DNA of 32,000 bases from Planctopirus limnophila DSM 3776. Its GTDB lineage: Bacteria > Planctomycetota > Planctomycetia > Planctomycetales > Planctomycetaceae. Position numbers and translations under genes: made by a program. The notes under the pieces were generated by a model. It worked only from the letters and a program-made list of their open reading frames with translations, searched no databases and had not been told where the DNA came from. The stretch is taken from contig NC_014148.1 of NCBI RefSeq assembly GCF_000092105.1, positions 4,590,001 to 4,622,000 of the forward strand, in the 5' to 3' direction. Shown in pieces: positions 1 to 8,539 of the stretch (position 1 is its first letter; the number at the start of each line of letters is the position of its first letter).

Positions 1-1
1 G

Positions 2-925
2 CAATGGTCGCCGCTCGATCTCGAAAACCTCTACGCCGGACCGCAAGGTTCCGCCTGCTGGCTCTTAGGTGGCGGCCCTTCACTCACCACTCTTCCACTC
101 GAAAAAATTCGCTCGTCGCTCGCTCCTATCATGGCCATCAACCTCGCAGGTCATGGCCACATCATCCCCGACTTCTGGACAGCCTACGACCCCACCACAC
201 GCTTCCTCCCGGCCAACTATCGCACTCCCCGCACTCTCAAATTCATTCACAAAAGACGGGCCATGGATCTCCTTCCCGGCGACACCTTCAAACTCTGCGA
301 ATGCCCAGGTGTGGTCTTCTTCGAACACGAAAAACGCAACCACTCCCGCTCCTTCTCGTCAGCCGCCACACGCATTCTCGACTGGAATGATTCCTTCATT
401 CAGGCCCTCGATCTGCTCCTGCATCTCGGCTTTCGCACCATCTACCTCGCAGGCTGCGAACTCTACATCGCTCCCTCGACGGAACTCCAGCAACAGGCTC
501 AGCAACACGGCCTCATTTATCAGCCCGGCCAATCGCTAAGGCTCTTTCTCGAAGCCTGCCGCAGCCAGGACATCGCCCCGGAACTCACGGAAACCGCCAT
601 CACCGGCCCTCAATATCACTTTGATGAAGCCAAGCCCCTGGCAGCGACCCTTCGTACCGACGACCACTACCTGCGCACCGTTCAACTCCTCAGACTCTCA
701 CGCCAGGCACTGACCCAAACGGGCCTGAAGCTCATCTCCGTCACACCTCACAGTCGCCTCAACGATTTCTTCCCCTATCAGACCATCGCACACGCCCTCG
801 AAGATCTCGCCCACATCCAAGGCCCACCCGCACATCAGCAAACCCGCGGCCTCTACACCGGCCAACCCATCCTGGCCCCACAACTCACCTGCCCCATGCG
901 CGACCTCAAAGCCCCCATCGCGTAA
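2..925 (+). CDS. DUF115 / MptE-like (Maf-type glycosyltransferase-like) protein, 5' end outside the window
   Basis: The frame is open from nt 2, with no stop before the listed ATG at 131. The upstream part reads GSACWLLGGGPSL...MAINLAGHGHIIPDFWTAYDP, resembling the GxGPSL loop and PD..D motif of the DUF115/MAF_flag10 family. Two glycosyltransferase genes follow on the same strand. Confidence 0.55.
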   Translation, partial: QWSPLDLENLYAGPQGSACWLLGGGPSLTTLPLEKIRSSLAPIMAINLAGHGHIIPDFWTAYDPTTRFLPANYRTPRTLKFIHKRRAMDLLPGDTFKLCECPGVVFFEHEKRNHSRSFSSAATRILDWNDSFIQALDLLLHLGFRTIYLAGCELYIAPSTELQQQAQQHGLIYQPGQSLRLFLEACRSQDIAPELTETAITGPQYHFDEAKPLAATLRTDDHYLRTVQLLRLSRQALTQTGLKLISVTPHSRLNDFFPYQTIAHALEDLAHIQGPPAHQQTRGLYTGQPILAPQLTCPMRDLKAPIA

Positions 926-992
926 GGAGTCACCAGCATGCGTTTCACCTTCTGACGCGTGACGAGACATGGGGTATTCGGTATTTGGAATT

Positions 993-1039
993 TGGGTGGC
1001 ACGTCCCTGAAGGCTTTGCGAAAGGGCGTGGTCTTTAGG
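993..1039 (+). repeat. Family C mosaic repeat, copy 1 (TGGGTGGCACG..CCCTG.AGGC ... TGCGAAAGGGCGTGGTC)
   Basis: Both modules recur at 10127-10212 and, inside the MITE-like insert, at 30877-30934. Confidence 0.6.
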
Positions 1040-1093
1040 TTTTTCTACATCAACTCTGATGTCCAGCCGCTTGGCCCGTCCAACTGCCCCTCT

Positions 1094-1134
1094 GGAACCC
1101 TCGCCCGGTCTTCCGGGAGAGGGCAGGGTGAGGG
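1094..1134 (+). repeat. Family A palindromic intergenic repeat, copy 1 (GGAACCCTCGCCC-N8-GGGAGAGGGCAGGGTGAGGG)
   Basis: Imperfect hairpin CCCTCGCCCGG/CCGGGAGAGGG. The same unit recurs at 2990, 6324/6361, 9983 and 13307, and inverted at 23677. Confidence 0.8.
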
Positions 1135-1149
1135 TCTTCTGCCTTTGTT

Positions 1150-1260
1150 GTAGGGTGCCATGCAGCACCAGCGGAATGCACCACCTTCCTGCCTTCCCAC
1201 CTCATTCCCTTCTTGCCTTTCCGACCTTCCTCTCTTCCAACCTTCTTCCCTTCTCCGGCC
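1150..1260 (+). repeat. Family B repeat, copy 1 (GTAGGGTGCCATGCAGCACCAGCGGAATGCACC) plus a ~75-nt pyrimidine-rich tract
   Basis: Near-identical 35-mer at 13370-13404 and a shortened palindromic version at 4555-4631. CT-rich modules (CTTCCTGCCTT.CC, CCTTCTTCCCTTC) are shared with 4680-4720. Confidence 0.75.
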
Positions 1261-1267
1261 CCCGTTC

Positions 1268-1975
1268 ATGCACAACCCCCTCGCCCGCCAGGTGACAGTC
1301 GTCATCCCGGTCTATGGCAGCCTCGATCATCTCCAGAAATGCCTCACTTCACTCCTCGCCTGGCATCATGTTCCCATCGTCGTCATCGATGACGGAAACC
1401 CACCCGGCACACTCCAGCACTTCGCCTCAATGCCCGGCTTGAAAATCATCCGGCAACCCCATTGCGGCGTCACCCAGGCCTGGAACAACGGCATCGCCGT
1501 CGTCCGCACACCCCTCGTCATCCTGCTCAACAGCGATGTCATCACCAGCGGCCCCTGGATCGACCAGATCCTCGCACCACTGCAGAAGTCAGAATCACCA
1601 CACTTTGTGCCCGCTCAACTCACTGGTGCTGCCTGGCAATCGCCCACTGCCTCAGCCAGTGTCGGCATGCCGGCCCAAAGCCTGCTCGCCGGCTGGTGCC
1701 TCGCCTTCCGCAAGTCACTCTGGCACTACTTAAGACACTTCGACGAACGCTTCCGTCACTGGTATTCCGATACCGATTTCCAAAAGCGTCTGCTGGCCAG
1801 CTCCTCCGCAGATCACACTTCCACAAGTCCTATCCGCTGCATCGACACACTCCCATTGAGTCACGCACTCCACGCCTCGACCCGACATCTCCCCGCTCGC
1901 TCACAACTCTACGCTCTCGATCGAACCGCTTACTTCCAGAAGTGGCAGCCTGAAGGCCATCGACCATGCACCTGA
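1268..1975 (+). CDS. Glycosyltransferase family 2 (GT-A fold)
   Basis: VTVVIPVYGSLDHLQKCL...VVIDDGNPP...VILLNSDV is a typical GT2 N-terminal signature. ATG 1268 is preferred over the listed 1160 start because 1160-1267 lies in repeat B1 and the pyrimidine tract. The stop overlaps the next start by 10 nt. Confidence 0.8.
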   Translation: MHNPLARQVTVVIPVYGSLDHLQKCLTSLLAWHHVPIVVIDDGNPPGTLQHFASMPGLKIIRQPHCGVTQAWNNGIAVVRTPLVILLNSDVITSGPWIDQILAPLQKSESPHFVPAQLTGAAWQSPTASASVGMPAQSLLAGWCLAFRKSLWHYLRHFDERFRHWYSDTDFQKRLLASSSADHTSTSPIRCIDTLPLSHALHASTRHLPARSQLYALDRTAYFQKWQPEGHRPCT

Positions 1976-2991
1976 TTCAAGTCATCAACGTCGGCCAGAT
2001 TGTGGGTGGCACAGCCGCCTGTGCCTGGTCTGTCACGCGGGCACTTCCCGATGTTCAGCACAGCCTCTTTTCACTCAGTCCCATCTCACGCGAAACTCAG
2101 GCAGCCTTTGCTCCCGTTCCCATCAAATCACTCGCCGGTGGCAATCTCTCCCAGTTTCAAGCGGCACTGTGCGAACATGTCCATCAAATTCGAGACGCGG
2201 GCCAACAGCCCCAACTCCTCCTGCACAACACTCATGCCCGCTGGCAACTCGCACGCTGGCCTTGCCCCACGCTGATTTACGCGCATTCAAACACTTCACT
2301 GGTCAAGGCCCATCAACTCGTCGTCTGTTCCCACTGGCTCAAACAACAGGCCCGGCTCGCAGGAACAGTCCTCTGGCAAGGTGTGCCCGATCCTCACGAC
2401 ATTCCACCACCAATCGCCTCATCCATCACCCCGCCAGCCGGTGCATTCCGCGTGGGCCGCCTCTGCACTCCCACAGTGAAGAAATTTCCCGTAGAACTCA
2501 TCCCGCTCTATGCCCATTGGGCGAAACAGTTCCCGCAGATCTGGTGGGAATTCGTCGGCTGCCCCACTCTTCGCCAGCCCGCCTTGACCGAAGCCTGCAT
2601 GGGACGCATCTCTTTCCATCCCGCCGGCTGGTCCGCCCGGCACTGGCTTTGTGAATGGGACGCCTGGCTCTACACACAGCCCGCGATCAAAGAGAGCTTT
2701 GGCCGCGTCCTGGCCGAAGCCATGCTCGCCGGCACATTTCCCATCTGCGATGCCCAGGGCGGCTTCTGCGAACAGTTCCCACCCTTGAACGATTTTCCAG
2801 CGAAAGCCCGCACCTTACGCCAACGCGGCCAATGCCATTCCCCCACCGACTTCTCCGCCGATCTCGACTGGATGATCACCCAGCCCGCCCCCTGCCAATC
2901 CCTTCGCCAGACTCTGGAAAGCCACGCCAGAAAGCACTTCTCCCTCCCCGCCTTCGCCACCCGCCTCAAGCCACTCCTGCCCCCGTCTTGA
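1966..2991 (+). CDS. Glycosyltransferase, GT-B fold (GT1/GT4-like)
   Basis: C-terminal ESFGRVLAEAMLAGTFPICDAQGGFCEQF matches the E-x-FG-x4-EAM-x-G-x-P...GG..E motif of GT4 enzymes. The ATG overlaps the GT2 stop (ATGCACCTGA), so the two genes form an operon. Confidence 0.7.
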   Translation: MHLIQVINVGQIVGGTAACAWSVTRALPDVQHSLFSLSPISRETQAAFAPVPIKSLAGGNLSQFQAALCEHVHQIRDAGQQPQLLLHNTHARWQLARWPCPTLIYAHSNTSLVKAHQLVVCSHWLKQQARLAGTVLWQGVPDPHDIPPPIASSITPPAGAFRVGRLCTPTVKKFPVELIPLYAHWAKQFPQIWWEFVGCPTLRQPALTEACMGRISFHPAGWSARHWLCEWDAWLYTQPAIKESFGRVLAEAMLAGTFPICDAQGGFCEQFPPLNDFPAKARTLRQRGQCHSPTDFSADLDWMITQPAPCQSLRQTLESHARKHFSLPAFATRLKPLLPPS

Positions 2992-3030
2992 ACCCTCACC
3001 CGCTCTGCCGGGAGAGGCCAGGGTGAGGGC
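2990..3030 (+). repeat. Family A repeat, copy 2
   Basis: GAACCCTCACCCGCTCTGCCGGGAGAGGCCAGGGTGAGGGC begins at the stop codon of the GT4-like gene. Confidence 0.75.
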
Positions 3031-3047
3031 CTTCAGCATCTTCGTGC

Positions 3048-3073
3048 CATGCTCACGGCTCGGAGTGAGCATG
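3048..3073. repeat. Family E hairpin, copy 1 (CATGCTCAC-N8-GTGAGCATG)
   Basis: Perfect 9-bp stem with an 8-nt loop. Same CATGCT/AGCATG core and loop length as 22769-22790 and 22903-22932. Confidence 0.7.
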
Positions 3074-3113
3074 CCGGTTTGCGTGAATAATACTTCCCGC
3101 AGAAATAAGAAAA

Positions 3114-3139
3114 CATGCTTGCTCCTAGCCGCTAGCATG
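3114..3139. repeat. Family E-like hairpin, weak copy (CATGCTTGC...AGCATG)
   Basis: The left arm is identical to the E5/E6 left arm. Only 6 bp of stem remain and the loop is 14 nt. Confidence 0.35.
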
Positions 3140-3405
3140 CGACAATTTAGAGCCGTAAATCACTTTTTTTTATGCGATGATGGATAGCTCACTGAGATGA
3201 AGACATCATTAGAAACTTGTAAGTAGTTTCTCCATATTCATAAAGCACACATGCTACTGTAATTGTTGCTTAAACAAATTCTCTATGAAACACGGCCCTT
3301 AACCTTCGGTCTCGTCGGTAATTTCCCAAAAACCTTCATGAATAAATCATCTTCTGTTGAAGACCTACCAGTCGATTCTGATTGTCAGACTGCGAGATAA
3401 AGACA

Positions 3406-4383
3406 ATGGACTTCACAGACCTCGAAGCAATCCGCAAACGCCCTGCCATGTACGTTGGAAGTACGGACGTCAACGGCCTGCATCATTTGTTTAATGAGCT
3501 GCTTGACAACGCTATTGATCAGTATCTTGCCAATCAAGCAACCTATGTCGAAGTTCACACCAGTGGCGAGATTCTGGAATTCACTGATGATGGACCAGGC
3601 TTACCCTTCGAAAAGCCGGGTCCTCATTCAGGATCTCTAGCAGATTATTACCTTACTCACATTCGTCTCGACACACCCACAGCTGACAATCACACCCCGC
3701 ATATCCACTTGAGTGGATGGGGGTGTGGGCTTCGGATAATCACTGCCTTGACAGAAACATGCGAAGTGACCAGCTCAAGAAATCATCTTGCTTGGAAACA
3801 GTCTTTCTCCAGAGGAATAAGTAATGGCCCGCCGCATATCGTAGGACATACTTCAGAAAGAGGAACGACTTTCCGATTGTCAATTGACCGAGACCTATTC
3901 TCGGGTGACTGGTGCCAACATCGAATGAATCAGCGATTGATTGAGGCGGCCCACTTATTTCCTGGTCTGCTTGTCAAATCTCAGGGACTTCACTTCAAAA
4001 CTCTTCGCGGTCTCGCCGATCTTGCAGCGAACGTAGCACACGAGAAGAACTCTCCAAATCCTGATCGAATCTGGTGGTTCAATGCAGTATTCGAAGATTT
4101 TCATTTACAAGCAGCGATTGCAGGCACTGATAGCGAGACCGAGTGGAAGTCGTTTGCGAACGGAAACTTAACGATAGAAAATGGAACTCATTTAACCGCA
4201 CTTCAACGAGTCATCGAAGCATGCAATCTTCGTCCAGCGGCCGCTTTCATCCACGTCATTATCAGTAATCCCCGCTTCTCAGGCCCTACCCGATCGAAAC
4301 TGGACGTACCTGAAATCATCTCTCCAATTTATGAAGCACTTTATCCCAGCCTGAAATCCTTCATCACCGAAGAAGTGATATAG
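3406..4383 (+). CDS. GyrB/ParE N-terminal (GHKL ATPase + transducer)-like protein lacking Toprim and C-terminal domains
   Basis: LEAIRKRPAMYVGS, N-box ELLDNAIDQ, G1 box DDGPGLP, G2-like SGWGCGLRIITAL, transducer ENGTHL and a QTK-loop-like PTRSKL are collinear with E. coli GyrB residues ~15-390. ATG 3406 is preferred over the listed TTG 3382. The gene is visibly AT-richer than its neighbours. Confidence 0.75.
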   Translation: MDFTDLEAIRKRPAMYVGSTDVNGLHHLFNELLDNAIDQYLANQATYVEVHTSGEILEFTDDGPGLPFEKPGPHSGSLADYYLTHIRLDTPTADNHTPHIHLSGWGCGLRIITALTETCEVTSSRNHLAWKQSFSRGISNGPPHIVGHTSERGTTFRLSIDRDLFSGDWCQHRMNQRLIEAAHLFPGLLVKSQGLHFKTLRGLADLAANVAHEKNSPNPDRIWWFNAVFEDFHLQAAIAGTDSETEWKSFANGNLTIENGTHLTALQRVIEACNLRPAAAFIHVIISNPRFSGPTRSKLDVPEIISPIYEALYPSLKSFITEEVI

Positions 4384-4554
4384 ACGAGCATTGTCAACTG
4401 CACCACGTTCGCAATGACAAACTTGATCGATGATTAACAATCACAGATTTCTTCGTCGCACTCTTCAAAATCATCGAATGCGCTGATCGAAGGTACCGTT
4501 TGATCCGCTGTGCGGACCATATTCGGCCCACCACCACCCGCGCCATCTTCAAAA

Positions 4555-4631
4555 GTAGGGTGCATGCCAATGCACCAATCACGGCTTAATTCTACATGGC
4601 TGGTGCATTCCGAGGACTCCATGCACCCTAC
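4555..4631. repeat. Family B-derived nested hairpin (copy 3)
   Basis: Outer 12-bp stem GTAGGGTGCATG (4555-4566) / CATGCACCCTAC (4620-4631). Inner 9-bp stem AATGCACCA (4569-4577) / TGGTGCATT (4601-4609). A CT-rich tract follows, as in copy 1. Confidence 0.75.
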
Positions 4632-4772
4632 GTCCCCGCGATATCAATCACCACTAACTCTGTTCCATTTCACTTTCCTACGCTTCCTGCCTTTCCGCCT
4701 TCTTCCCTTCGCAGCCTTCGCATCTTCGCGTGAGACAATCCCCACTCCCAACCATCAACTCCCCACCCACCT

Positions 4773-6203
4773 TCACGCCACCCGGTTAAACCCATTCAAT
4801 GCCGCCACACGATACGCCTCGGCCATCGTCGGATAGTTGAACGTTGTGTTGATGAAATAGAGCAGCGTGTTGTTCGGGGCCGGCTGGGCCATAATGGCCT
4901 GACCAATGTGAATGATCTCGCTCGCGTTGGCACCAAAGCAGTGGATCCCGAGAATCTCCAACGTCTCGCGGTGGAACAGGATCTTGAGCATCCCCGTCGT
5001 CTGCCCCGTAATCTGTGCACGAGCCAGACTCTTGAACTGCGAATGTCCCACTTCATAAGGGACTTTCGCTTCCGTCAACTCGCGTTCGGTCTTTCCAATC
5101 GAGCTGATCTCCGGGCTCGTATAGATCCCGGTAGGAATCTCGCCAATCCCCACCAGTTGATCTTCCCCCAACAGGTGCGAGGCGGCATGTCGGCCCTGCG
5201 AATAGGCCGCACTCGCCAGAGCCGGGAAGCCAATCACATCTCCCACTGCGTAAATCGTGGGGACAGCCGTCTGGTAATGGTCATTGACCTTGAGATTCCC
5301 GCGCTGATCGGGCGTGATCCCCACCGCTTCCAGGTTCATATCATCTGTGTTACCCGTTCGCCCAGCAGCGTACAGCAGGATATCGGTCTTGAGCTGTTTG
5401 CCCGACTTCAAGTGGACAATCACACAATCTTCGCGAGGTTCCACAAAGTCGAGTGTTTCATGATGGCGAATCAGCATGCCGCGATCGCGGAAGTGATAGC
5501 TGAGAGCATCGACAATCTCCTCGTCGAGAAACTCCAAGAGCTTGTCGCGTGTATTGACAAGGTTCACCTTGCAATCCAGGTTCCGGAACATGCTGGCATA
5601 TTCACAGCCAATCACCCCCGCACCATAGACAGTGGCCGAGCGCACGTCATAAGCCAGATCAAGAATCGTATCACTGTCAAAGACTCGCGGGTGGTTGAAA
5701 TCGACTTCGGCCGGTCGATAAGGTCGCGAACCCGTCGCGACCACAATATGTTCAGCGGTCACCAGCTTATGACCTTCATCATGTTCTGTAACCAGAATCG
5801 TATGCTGATCGATGAACTTGGCAGTCCCCTTGAGGACAGGCACGTCGTTCCGCTCATAAAAGGTGCTGCGCATCTGCACCTGGCGTTCAATCACTGCCCG
5901 GGCTGTCCGGCGGAGCTTCTGAAAACTCAAATGAGCCGACAGACCATGTTCCGCAAACAGCTTGTTCGAATTCACTTCCATCATCTGGAAGATCGCATAG
6001 CGCAAAGCCTTCGAAGGGATGGTGCCGCGATGAGTGCAGTTGCCACCAATCTGATGGTACTTCTCGACCATCCCCACCCGTTTGCCATGCTTGGCGGCCT
6101 GCATGGCCGCCCCTTCGCCACCCGGCCCAGAGCCAATCACCAGGACATCAAAGTCAAATGTCTCAGGCTTTGCGGGTGCAGTCGTCGCAGGCAAACCAGT
6201 CAT
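4773..6203 (-). CDS. sthA: Soluble (Si-specific) NAD(P)+ transhydrogenase
   Basis: Collinear with E. coli SthA along its full length by recall: [87 protein letters not shown]. Confidence 0.93.
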   Translation of the reverse strand: MTGLPATTAPAKPETFDFDVLVIGSGPGGEGAAMQAAKHGKRVGMVEKYHQIGGNCTHRGTIPSKALRYAIFQMMEVNSNKLFAEHGLSAHLSFQKLRRTARAVIERQVQMRSTFYERNDVPVLKGTAKFIDQHTILVTEHDEGHKLVTAEHIVVATGSRPYRPAEVDFNHPRVFDSDTILDLAYDVRSATVYGAGVIGCEYASMFRNLDCKVNLVNTRDKLLEFLDEEIVDALSYHFRDRGMLIRHHETLDFVEPREDCVIVHLKSGKQLKTDILLYAAGRTGNTDDMNLEAVGITPDQRGNLKVNDHYQTAVPTIYAVGDVIGFPALASAAYSQGRHAASHLLGEDQLVGIGEIPTGIYTSPEISSIGKTERELTEAKVPYEVGHSQFKSLARAQITGQTTGMLKILFHRETLEILGIHCFGANASEIIHIGQAIMAQPAPNNTLLYFINTTFNYPTMAEAYRVAALNGFNRVA

Positions 6204-6323
6204 CTTGCACTATTCCTTAGATCGTCAAATCTGATCAATCCCTCAACCTCCCTGAGCGCACTGTCAAAATATCAGTCCCGCACAAGATCGGCTAGTGCGT
6301 CTCCTCGCGGAAGAACTCTTTCG

Positions 6324-6394
6324 GGAACCCTCGCCCAGTCTTCGCGAAAGAGCCAAGTCGGGAACCCTCGCCCACGTCTGCGTGGGAGAGGGCC
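6324..6394 (+). repeat. Family A repeat, copy 3 (truncated unit 6324-6353 plus full unit 6361-6394)
   Basis: GGAACCCTCGCCC occurs twice, 37 nt apart. The second unit is near-identical to copy 4 (GGAACCCTCGCCC.CGTCTGCGTGGGAGAGGGC). Confidence 0.75.
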
Positions 6395-6461
6395 GGTTGA
6401 ACGGCTTTTCCCTATCTCTTTGTGCCGAACATCTCATAGCCACTGCAGAACAATGCCGGCA

Positions 6462-7985
6462 TCACGCTGGGGGTAATGCCCCTGCCTTCTGAGCCGATCG
6501 CCACAGGCGCCAGGTCCGCTGATCGAACCCGAAATTCTGGCCCGTCAGCTTCATCAACGCCTCGCGGACTTCTTCGTTCTGATGTACCTGCTCGACAGTG
6601 ATCGTCTTCATCGGACGGGGCGTCATCGTATCGGGAACAATGGTCCCCCCTCCATTGATGACCTGACCATCAGGCAGAAAAATCCGGTTGTTGGCCCCTG
6701 GTATGAGTGGTGACGATGTCGATCCACCCGAACGCAAACCAGTAGCACTGGCACCATCTGTCACCGGCACCTGCACCTGATATCGATGCCTCGTCACCAG
6801 AGCCTCAATCAGCGGGTCGATGGATGAATCATCCCCTTTCACCAGCAATGCCCGCCCTGCCCGGCACACCACCGCATTCAGATCATGCCTGAGATGACGA
6901 GCCCAGAAGCCGCGCGCCTGGGGGAGAAACTCTTCCGCAACCCCACTGACAGCGCTGTAGCGAATCTCCAGATCGTCGTCGAACAGGGCAGCACGGGCGA
7001 GTGCTGTCGCAGGACGTTCTCCCTTCAGCTTCGAGAGAGAACTGATCCCCACGAGACGAAAGTTCCTGCGGGCATCTTTCATCACAAAGCGTTCAATCGC
7101 CGCTGTGGCATCCGGGTCAGTCAGTTGCTCGAACTGGAACAGACCTTCGGCATTCCGCTGCGGATTTTCACTCGCCAGCCAGTTCATCCACAAACGGATT
7201 TTCGGGAACCAGGCCTGCTCCGCTTCAAGTTCGGCTTTGCTCCGCTCCAGAAGTTCAAGCTCCTGCAAAGTGATGTAGCGACCTTTATATTTCACATAAC
7301 CTTTGGCCATCATCCATTCATCGCGATCGACCCACTTGCCCTCCTGAAACGTATGGTTCAGCCCTTGATGAGCTTTTTCATCCTCAGGATCGAGACGAAG
7401 AATCTCACGCAGTTGTTCTTCCCGCTGTTTGGTCAGACCACGCTGACGTGCCCAGTTGGCCAGCTCCCACCGCGCTTCAACAGTATCAGCGACCTCCTCG
7501 GCCCGGGTTTCATACTCCTCAGCCACTGGTGAACGCGGCGTGACAAACGCAATCTGCGACCGAAGAATTGTCACCTCACCACCCGTCGCCAGCAGAATCG
7601 TGACCGGCTCATCGACCATCGCAGGTTGAACCGGTGGAGTTTGTGCCGACGAGGAAGACTCTGGAGTCCCTGGATCGGGTTTGTTGGGAGCCGGCTTGCT
7701 GTGAGTCACCGCTTTGGCAACAGACAGCGGCTTGCTGAGCTTGCCGCGAATCTCACCTCCGGTTACCAGCTTAATCACATCTGCCTGTGCCGAAGAAACC
7801 AGCAATCCCATACCCACCAGCGCGCACAGCGCACCCACGACATGGCCACGCACCCAGCGGCCCATGCCGCAGGCGAATGACCCTGCTGTTCGGTCCCAAA
7901 ATTCGCGAAGCATTCGAACCATGACGAAATCCACATGCCTGAAAAAGCCAACCGCATTGTAAATACTTTTCGGAATCTGAGTCAT
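6462..7985 (-). CDS. Hypothetical membrane-anchored/secreted protein with a HEAT-like stretch
   Basis: Long ORF. N-terminal hydrophobic segment VVGALCALVGMGLLVSSAQA. HEAT/PBS-lyase-like LARAALFDDDLEIRYSAVSG. The start is uncertain (ATG 7985 or an internal Met). Confidence 0.6.
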   Translation of the reverse strand: MTQIPKSIYNAVGFFRHVDFVMVRMLREFWDRTAGSFACGMGRWVRGHVVGALCALVGMGLLVSSAQADVIKLVTGGEIRGKLSKPLSVAKAVTHSKPAPNKPDPGTPESSSSAQTPPVQPAMVDEPVTILLATGGEVTILRSQIAFVTPRSPVAEEYETRAEEVADTVEARWELANWARQRGLTKQREEQLREILRLDPEDEKAHQGLNHTFQEGKWVDRDEWMMAKGYVKYKGRYITLQELELLERSKAELEAEQAWFPKIRLWMNWLASENPQRNAEGLFQFEQLTDPDATAAIERFVMKDARRNFRLVGISSLSKLKGERPATALARAALFDDDLEIRYSAVSGVAEEFLPQARGFWARHLRHDLNAVVCRAGRALLVKGDDSSIDPLIEALVTRHRYQVQVPVTDGASATGLRSGGSTSSPLIPGANNRIFLPDGQVINGGGTIVPDTMTPRPMKTITVEQVHQNEEVREALMKLTGQNFGFDQRTWRLWRSAQKAGALPPA

Positions 7986-8539
7986 GGAAAAACGGTTCGA
8001 CTCTCCACCAGAAGAGCGAATTCACCATGAACTTCCACCGGCAGAATCACCCGAAATTTCGAGAAGGCCAAACTCCAAATTCACACCAGACAACCCGCAA
8101 GAACCCGACAATCGGCAAAAGCGCCAGAATTTTGCCAAACCACGGGCGAATCGAGCCCGGAACAACTGGATGAAAGCTCAAATTCACCGATGGATGCGGC
8201 TGGCGTTTGGTGTTCTGCGAGCGATAGAATCACTCATGTCGAGCTGGGGGGATTGGTGGAAATCTGCAGCCTGGAGGCGCGGTTTTTTCAAGGCCCGACT
8301 CCCTTTTGGTTGGGATTGCTCTTGTACAGTCGATTCTGTGGTAGGTTTCGAAAGGGATCTTCCACAAGGCTATCAGCATCCATGAGATTCTCTCATTGAG
8401 TCGATGGCCAGAAGTTTCCGGGTGAATTCAGTCGTACGGATCCAGTGGTTTGTCATGATTTTCCGGCTGCCTGTGTGTGGCGGAAAGTTTGATCTCCTGC
8501 AAAGTGATTCCTGCCAGATATAACGGTTCAGGTTGTTCT

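Noticed and set aside
1160-1267. N-terminal extension of the GT2 ORF (listed start 1160).
   Set aside because: This part is encoded by repeat B1 and the pyrimidine tract (translation PPSCLPTSFPSCLSDLPLFQPSS). The GT2 fold begins right after ATG 1268.
4908-6476. 522-aa ORF on the + strand fully overlapping sthA. Similar long antisense ORFs occur at 21224-22384 (over rfbB), 12177-12956 (over the methyltransferase), 10526-11089 (over S1), 6885-7532, 15115-15657, 25545-26144 and 17061-17462.
   Set aside because: Each is in exact codon register with the real gene on the opposite strand (coordinate differences are multiples of 3). Antisense stops therefore arise only from sense TTA/CTA/TCA codons, which this genome avoids. 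These are shadow ORFs caused by codon bias, with low-complexity Arg/His-rich translations.
7990-8012. tRNA-like T-arm sequence GGTTCGACTCTCC followed by CCA.
   Set aside because: The flanking bases do not form a T-stem (AACGG versus CTCCA) and no acceptor, D or anticodon arms can be drawn. The motif also abuts the 5' end of the 6462-7985 ORF.
7984-8385. 133-aa ORF in the divergent region between the 507-aa gene and the propeller gene. Likewise 16410-16862 (150 aa) and 30652-31251 (199 aa).
   Set aside because: The translations are extremely basic and low-complexity, with no SD or motif. They overlap repeats or the MITE-like insert and are more likely non-coding.
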